Below, piece by piece: positions 57,361 through 64,000 of a stretch of 64,000 bases of DNA. The DNA lies in NCBI GenBank assembly GCA_947467605.1, contig CANIII010000022.1:3044-67043 (forward strand). Reading direction: 5' to 3'. Both the position numbers and the translations under genes were made by a program. The notes beneath the pieces are model-generated. The model was not told the origin of the DNA and searched no databases. It saw only the letters and a program-made list of their open reading frames with translations. The DNA is from Acidobacteriota bacterium (GTDB lineage Bacteria; Acidobacteriota; Vicinamibacteria; Vicinamibacterales; SCN-69-37). The first letter of the stretch is position 1. The number at the start of each line of letters is the position of its first letter.

Positions 57361-57573
57361 ATGCTGCGCGAAGATCTCGATAAGCTCATCCAGTCCATGA
57401 TCGAACGGGGCATCCTGTTCGATGATGCGCACAAGGAATTCGAGCGCATGTTTATCGTGCGCGCCCTCGCCAAGAGTAACTTCAACGTGTGCAAGGCGGC
57501 CAAGATGACGGGGCTGCATCGCAACACGCTGAGCCGCAAGATGGCGTCGTACAAGATCCGCAAGACCGCCTAA
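57361..57573 (+). CDS. Small stand-alone Fis-type HTH protein
   Basis: FERMFIVRAL...NVCKAAKMTGLHRNTLSRKM. Confidence 0.8.
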   Translation: MLREDLDKLIQSMIERGILFDDAHKEFERMFIVRALAKSNFNVCKAAKMTGLHRNTLSRKMASYKIRKTA

Positions 57574-57581
57574 CCCGGCGA

Positions 57582-57610
57582 TTGCCCTCCCACACCCCGT
57601 TTGCTATAGT
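57582..57610 (+). promoter_or_regulatory. Sigma70-type promoter for groESL
   Basis: TTGCCC-17 bp-TATAGT with extended TG. Confidence 0.75.
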
Positions 57611-57636
57611 TAGCAGTCGCAGGCACTGACTGCTAA
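57610..57636. promoter_or_regulatory. CIRCE-like operator (HrcA)
   Basis: TTAGCAGTC-N9-GACTGCTAA versus canonical TTAGCACTC-N9-GAGTGCTAA, directly upstream of groES. Confidence 0.85.
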
Positions 57637-57678
57637 CAGTCAGTGCAATGGACTGCCAGCACAGACGAGGGAACCCCA

Positions 57679-59615
<1,937 letters not shown>

Positions 59616-59656
59616 GCCCCCCCGTCACGTCGAACGTTGAAAGATAGAAGTCGAAA

Positions 59657-59690
59657 GGTCCGGGTGGCAATGGCCACTCGGACCTTTTTT
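59657..59690 (+). terminator. Intrinsic terminator after groEL
   Basis: GGTCCGGGTGGC-AATG-GCCACTCGGACC followed by T6. Confidence 0.85.
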
Positions 59691-59694
59691 CATT

Positions 59695-60432
59695 TCACCG
59701 CAGCGTGAATTGCAGTTCGAAGGTGATGATGCACGCGATGGGCTTGCCGTCCTTCTTGCAGGGGCGAAATGGCGTGGCAAGGGCGGCGCGTCTCGCGGCT
59801 TCGTCGAGGCCAAACAGGCGGTCGAGCGATTTGATCACGCGCACGTCAGTCACTTTTCCCGAAACATCAAGAACAGCTTCAAGGACCACCGGCCCCTGCA
59901 GCTTGGCGCGCATCGCTTCAGCGGTGTACTGCGGCTTCACTTCCATGACGCGGTACGGCATCTCGATGCCACCCGAGCCGCCAATCCCTGTGTCGCCAAA
60001 GCCGGGGCCAGCGCTGGGGCCAAGACCGGGACCCTGACCGGTACCGTTGCCCGTGCCCGGACCGCCGCCGCGAGGCACGGCGACGGCACCATTCACACCT
60101 GAAGCCGCGAGCAGCGCGTCTGGACTGGTCATCACGGGCGCGTTCAACGCCGGGGGCGGATCGGCCGGTGCGGCCGAGACGATGGGCACGACTGTCATCG
60201 GTTGTGGCTTGGGTATCGCCGCAGGCGTCGGCGGCGCCGGCGCAGGGCTTCCGCCGCCACCACGGCTCGATCCGGGCGCCGAAGCCACGTAGATCAACTG
60301 CTGATTCGACTTCACCAGTGGCAGTTGGTCCGGGCTATTGGCGGGCTGATTCAGGACGAAGAGCAACGCCAAGAAACCCAGGGCGTGCATCCCGAGCGAG
60401 ACGGCCTGAGCGAAATAGGTGCGCGTCTTCAT
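59695..60432 (-). CDS. TonB-like energy transducer (copy 2)
   Basis: SxxxH TM (SLGMH), Pro/Gly linker, PQYTAEAMRAKLQGPVVLEAV, GLDEAAR. Confidence 0.85.
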   Translation of the reverse strand: MKTRTYFAQAVSLGMHALGFLALLFVLNQPANSPDQLPLVKSNQQLIYVASAPGSSRGGGGSPAPAPPTPAAIPKPQPMTVVPIVSAAPADPPPALNAPVMTSPDALLAASGVNGAVAVPRGGGPGTGNGTGQGPGLGPSAGPGFGDTGIGGSGGIEMPYRVMEVKPQYTAEAMRAKLQGPVVLEAVLDVSGKVTDVRVIKSLDRLFGLDEAARRAALATPFRPCKKDGKPIACIITFELQFTLR

Positions 60433-60494
60433 GACGCATAGGACGGCGCCCCCGGCCCGTTGGACGGGACAGGAGGACGCTCGTGGTGGGTAGC

Positions 60495-61352
60495 CTAGCG
60501 AAGGGTGAACTGGAGTTCGAAGACGACGAGGCACGGCACCGGAGTGCCCTGCTTCTTGCACGGGATAAACGGCGTCGCGAGCACCGCCTTGCGCGCTTGT
60601 TCGTCGAGGCCAAACACTTTGTCGAGCGAGCGAATCACGCGCACTTCAGAGACTTTGCCGTCGACACCAATCACGGCTTCGAGTTCGACGGTGCCCTGAA
60701 TCTTCGCGCGCATCGCCTCGGGGGTGTACTGAGGCTTCTGCTCGCGCAGTCGCACGGGATTCTCCACGCCGTTACCCGGACGGTACGCGCCACCGCCAAA
60801 CCCGCCGCCGGTGCCCGGACCAAGTCCCGATCCTTCCCCTGTGCCGACGCCCGTGCCTTTGCCCCCACCGCCAGCCGGCATCGCAATCGCGCCGACGGTC
60901 GCACCGGCTGCCGACAGCAGAACATTCGGCGCCGTCATCACGGGCGCATCAAGCGACGGCGGAGGCGGTGTGGTCGGCACCGGCACCGGTGCTATCTGCT
61001 GCGGATTCGGCTTGGGCAGTTCCACCTTCTTCGGTGGTGCGGGCTTCGGGCTGCCACCGCCACCACCACCGGGCCCCGGATTGTTAGCCAGATAGACGAT
61101 ATCGAACTTGATCTTGTCTTCCTGGACCTGCTGAACCACCTGCGAGGCCCGAATCGCACCATAGACGATCAGCGCGACGACGAGCCCGTGAATCGTGAGA
61201 GACGTCACTTGCGCCTTGACGGTGCGCCACCAATCAACCGGCTCGGGTGGATCGAAGATGGACTTGTTACCAGTCCAGCGCGCTGTCGCGACACCAGCGG
61301 GCGAGTCTGGCACGGGCGGCTGAGCGTTGGGCGTCATCTCGGGCGTCGGCAT
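60495..61352 (-). CDS. TonB-like energy transducer (copy 1)
   Basis: SLTIH TM, Pro/Gly linker, PQYTPEAMRAKIQGTVELEAV, GLDEQAR; TATACT upstream. Confidence 0.85.
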   Translation of the reverse strand: MPTPEMTPNAQPPVPDSPAGVATARWTGNKSIFDPPEPVDWWRTVKAQVTSLTIHGLVVALIVYGAIRASQVVQQVQEDKIKFDIVYLANNPGPGGGGGGSPKPAPPKKVELPKPNPQQIAPVPVPTTPPPPSLDAPVMTAPNVLLSAAGATVGAIAMPAGGGGKGTGVGTGEGSGLGPGTGGGFGGGAYRPGNGVENPVRLREQKPQYTPEAMRAKIQGTVELEAVIGVDGKVSEVRVIRSLDKVFGLDEQARKAVLATPFIPCKKQGTPVPCLVVFELQFTLR

Positions 61353-61539
61353 TTGAACGTAGGAAGCTCCGGTCAGTATACCCATAGACCACCCCGCAGA
61401 AGGTTTCCTTCCGAGAATTGCAAAAGCAATGCCCGGAATACTGGCCTCCGGAGAGAGCAAACGTTAGCGAAGCTTAATGAAAGGGGGACGAACCCCGGTG
61501 CTACAATGCCGTGTAGCCGTTCGCGGCGGGAGTGTTCAC

Positions 61540-61701
61540 ATGCTTGGACTTGGCGTTCCAGAACTCATCATCATCCTGATCATCATCGTGTTCCTCTTCG
61601 GCGCCAATCGGTTGCCGAGCCTCGCCACCGGCATCGGCAAGAGCATCCGGAACTTCAAGGAAGCCAGCCGCGAAGACGGCACCGAAGACAAGAAGTCGTA
61701 G
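61540..61701 (+). CDS. tatA: Twin-arginine translocase TatA/E
   Basis: GLGVPELIIIL, LFGANRLP, GKSIRNFK; SD GGGAG; extended -10 TGcTACAAT at 61499-61507. Confidence 0.93.
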   Translation: MLGLGVPELIIILIIIVFLFGANRLPSLATGIGKSIRNFKEASREDGTEDKKS

Positions 61702-63960
61702 TTAGCGCTTCTTCGTCGCTTTCTGAAACGCGCGTTCGCGTTGACCAGGGCGCTGCTTCGTGCGGTGCCCTTCTTTTTTTGTCTTCACTCTGCTCCGGCG
61801 CGAGCCGCGATTCCGCTCCGACGCACGTACGGCGTCCAGAATTTCCGCTAGCCCGAGATCGATCTGCCGGCGCTCCATGTCGACACGAATAACCTGTACA
61901 CGCACCTTGTCGCCGAGCCGATAGACCCGCCCGTTGCGCTCACCGCGCAGCAGGTGCGCCTTCTCCACAAACCGATAGTAGTCGTCGGCCATCGTCGAGA
62001 CGTGGATCATGCCTTCGACGAAGTGCTCTATCAGCTCAATGAACAGGCCAAACGCGCTGACGCCGGTGACGTAGCCTTCGAATTCATCGCCGACCTTGTC
62101 CGCCATGAAGCGGACCTTCTTCCACTGCACGAGCTCCCGCTCGGCATCAGACGCGCGTCGCTCACGCAGCGATGTGTGCTTGGCAACGGTCGGCAGATCC
62201 TCGATCAACTCCGCCTGCCGGTCGGCGCGCATGCCCTGCCGCGACTCGCGCAGCGAACGATGCACGACCAGGTCGGGATACCGTCGAATCGGTGACGTGA
62301 AGTGGGTGTAGAACTCCGCCGCGAGGCCGAAGTGGCCGAGGTTGTGCTCGTCGTACCGTGCCCGCTGCATGGTGCGCAGCATGAGAAACGCGATCGGCTT
62401 CTCCTCCGGCGTGCCATGCATCTTGTCGACGAGACGTTGGAAGTGCCGGGGCTCGATCGCGTCGGGTCCTGACCCGAGCGAATAGCCGAGCGTGCCGATG
62501 AACTCCTCAAACACCTCCACCTTCATCGCGTCGGGCTCTTCGTGAATGCGATATAGCGTCGGCACCGCGTTGGTCTCAAGATGCCGCGCGACGGTCTCGT
62601 TGGCCAGCAGCATGAACTCTTCGATGATCCGATGCGCAATGTTGCGCTCCGAGGCCACGATCGCCGACACCAGTCCTTCGTCGTCGAGCACGATCTGCGA
62701 TTCCTTCAGGTCGAAGTCGATTGATCCTCGACGACGACGGCGTCCGTTGAGGATGCCGAAGAGCTCCTGCATCCTTTCGAACATCGGCACGAGCGTCTTG
62801 TATCTTGCGATCGTCGCCGCATCGCGATCTGTGAGAATCGCGTGGACCTCGTTGTAGGTCATCCGCGAGTCGCTGTTAATCACGCCATCGTGCATTTCGT
62901 AGCGGACAACATTGCCGCTGCGGCGATCCACTTCCATGAGGCACGACTGCACGAGCCGGTCCACGTGCGGATTGAGCGAGCACAGCCCTGTCGACAGTTC
63001 CGACGGAAACATGTGCACGGCGCGCTCCGGGAAGTACACCGACGTGCTGCGGTCGTAGGCTTCCTGGTCGAGCGCCGTGCCTTCCCGCACGTAGTGCGAC
63101 ACATCGGCGATGTGGACGCCGAGCCAGAAATTGCCGTTCGCCATCTTCTCGATCGTGATCGCATCGTCGAAGTCGCGGGCTTGCTCGCCGTCGATCGTCA
63201 CGGTCGTGACGCCGCGGAAATCTGTGCGCCCGGCGATGTCCTTGTCTTTGACCAGACCGCCGAGCTTTTTCGCTTCCGCGATCGACTCCGGGCTGTGCAC
63301 GTCGGAGATGTTGTACTTGCGGATGATGACTTTCGTGTCCACGCCGGGCGCATCAATCGGCCCGAGTACTTCCACGATTTTGCCCACCGCGGGTCGTGAC
63401 GCCGTCGGAAACTTGATGATCTCGACACTCACCATCTCGCCGGCTGCTGCGCCCATCGCATCGGCGGCCGCGATCTGCACGTCCATGATCAACCGGCGGT
63501 CGAACGGCACTACGAAACCGTTGCCAGATCCCACCAGGTCATATCGACCGACGATCGTCTGACTGGCGCGCTCGAGCACGCGGACGATGCGGCCTTCGGG
63601 CCGGGCCCCTTCGCGCTCGATGCGGACGACGACTTTGTCGCCGTGCATGGCCTGATTCAGATTGGCCCCGGCGATGAAGACGCTCTTCGGGCTGTCCTGC
63701 TCGGTGTCGTCGAAGTCAACAAACGCGAAACCACGCGGATTGGTCGACACGGTGCCGACGATCAGGTTCATGAGGTCCGGCAAGCCATAGCGCTCGCCTC
63801 GAATCTCGACCAGTTCACCGGCGGCGACCAGCTGTTTCAGCTGGCGCTTGAAGGCGGCGCGGGCGTCCTTGGGCACTCGGAGCAGTTGCAGGAGTTCTTT
63901 GACGGTCGCGGGATGGTCTACCCGCTCGCGCATAAGTTGTGTAATTTGTTCGACTTCCAT
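61702..63960 (-). CDS. rnr: Ribonuclease R
   Basis: TIDGEQARDFDDA, HIADVSHYV, IEEFMLLAN, HFTSPIRRYPDL, S1 domain, basic tail. Confidence 0.96.
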   Translation of the reverse strand: MEVEQITQLMRERVDHPATVKELLQLLRVPKDARAAFKRQLKQLVAAGELVEIRGERYGLPDLMNLIVGTVSTNPRGFAFVDFDDTEQDSPKSVFIAGANLNQAMHGDKVVVRIEREGARPEGRIVRVLERASQTIVGRYDLVGSGNGFVVPFDRRLIMDVQIAAADAMGAAAGEMVSVEIIKFPTASRPAVGKIVEVLGPIDAPGVDTKVIIRKYNISDVHSPESIAEAKKLGGLVKDKDIAGRTDFRGVTTVTIDGEQARDFDDAITIEKMANGNFWLGVHIADVSHYVREGTALDQEAYDRSTSVYFPERAVHMFPSELSTGLCSLNPHVDRLVQSCLMEVDRRSGNVVRYEMHDGVINSDSRMTYNEVHAILTDRDAATIARYKTLVPMFERMQELFGILNGRRRRRGSIDFDLKESQIVLDDEGLVSAIVASERNIAHRIIEEFMLLANETVARHLETNAVPTLYRIHEEPDAMKVEVFEEFIGTLGYSLGSGPDAIEPRHFQRLVDKMHGTPEEKPIAFLMLRTMQRARYDEHNLGHFGLAAEFYTHFTSPIRRYPDLVVHRSLRESRQGMRADRQAELIEDLPTVAKHTSLRERRASDAERELVQWKKVRFMADKVGDEFEGYVTGVSAFGLFIELIEHFVEGMIHVSTMADDYYRFVEKAHLLRGERNGRVYRLGDKVRVQVIRVDMERRQIDLGLAEILDAVRASERNRGSRRSRVKTKKEGHRTKQRPGQRERAFQKATKKR

Positions 63961-64000
63961 AGTTTTTCTAAGCTTACCCTTTCAATACCCAACCAAGTGG

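Noticed and set aside
61500-61517. GCTACA-N6-TGTAGC inverted repeat over the tatA -10
   Set aside because: Only 6-bp arms and a single occurrence; could be chance

Overview
GC-rich, very gene-dense bacterial core-genome window. Gene content and order resemble Acidobacteriota, possibly Vicinamibacteria (inference). In order it contains: kdsA-kdsD-kdsC-lapB-coaE; folD and an APC permease; a long minus-strand run pilMNOPQ, two lipoproteins, a TPR protein, an Xaa-Pro peptidase, accB, accC and thiE; rplM-rpsI-rpsB-tsf-pyrH-frr-thrC-asparaginase; pfkA; tRNA-Ala(CGC); lolA with a TPR-lipoprotein secretin; a peptidoglycan recycling/synthesis cluster (nagZ, LD-carboxypeptidase, mpl, murB, murA) divergent from a GHMP sugar kinase; ffh-rpsP-khpA-rimM-trmD-rplS-rnhB; ribD-ribE-ribBA; ftsY, gpsA, cinA, pgpA; a zinc-ribbon-RDD/TPR pair; ntrYX; nrdR; purC; groES-groEL with CIRCE; two tandem TonB-like genes; tatA; rnr. 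I saw no integrase, transposase, prophage or CRISPR array. The most notable signals are: (i) one palindromic ATTATAAT -10 element positioned to drive leaderless mRNAs in both directions, for nagZ and a GHMP kinase that is a candidate peptidoglycan-recycling sugar kinase; (ii) several more leaderless-type starts; (iii) a palindromic in-frame insert in ribE and short tandem-repeat arrays; (iv) uncharacterised lipoproteins coupled to pilQ; (v) a TPR-fused secretin; (vi) a tandem variant CIRCE; (vii) an Asp-type MurA. Start codons were refined by eye and no database searches were run.
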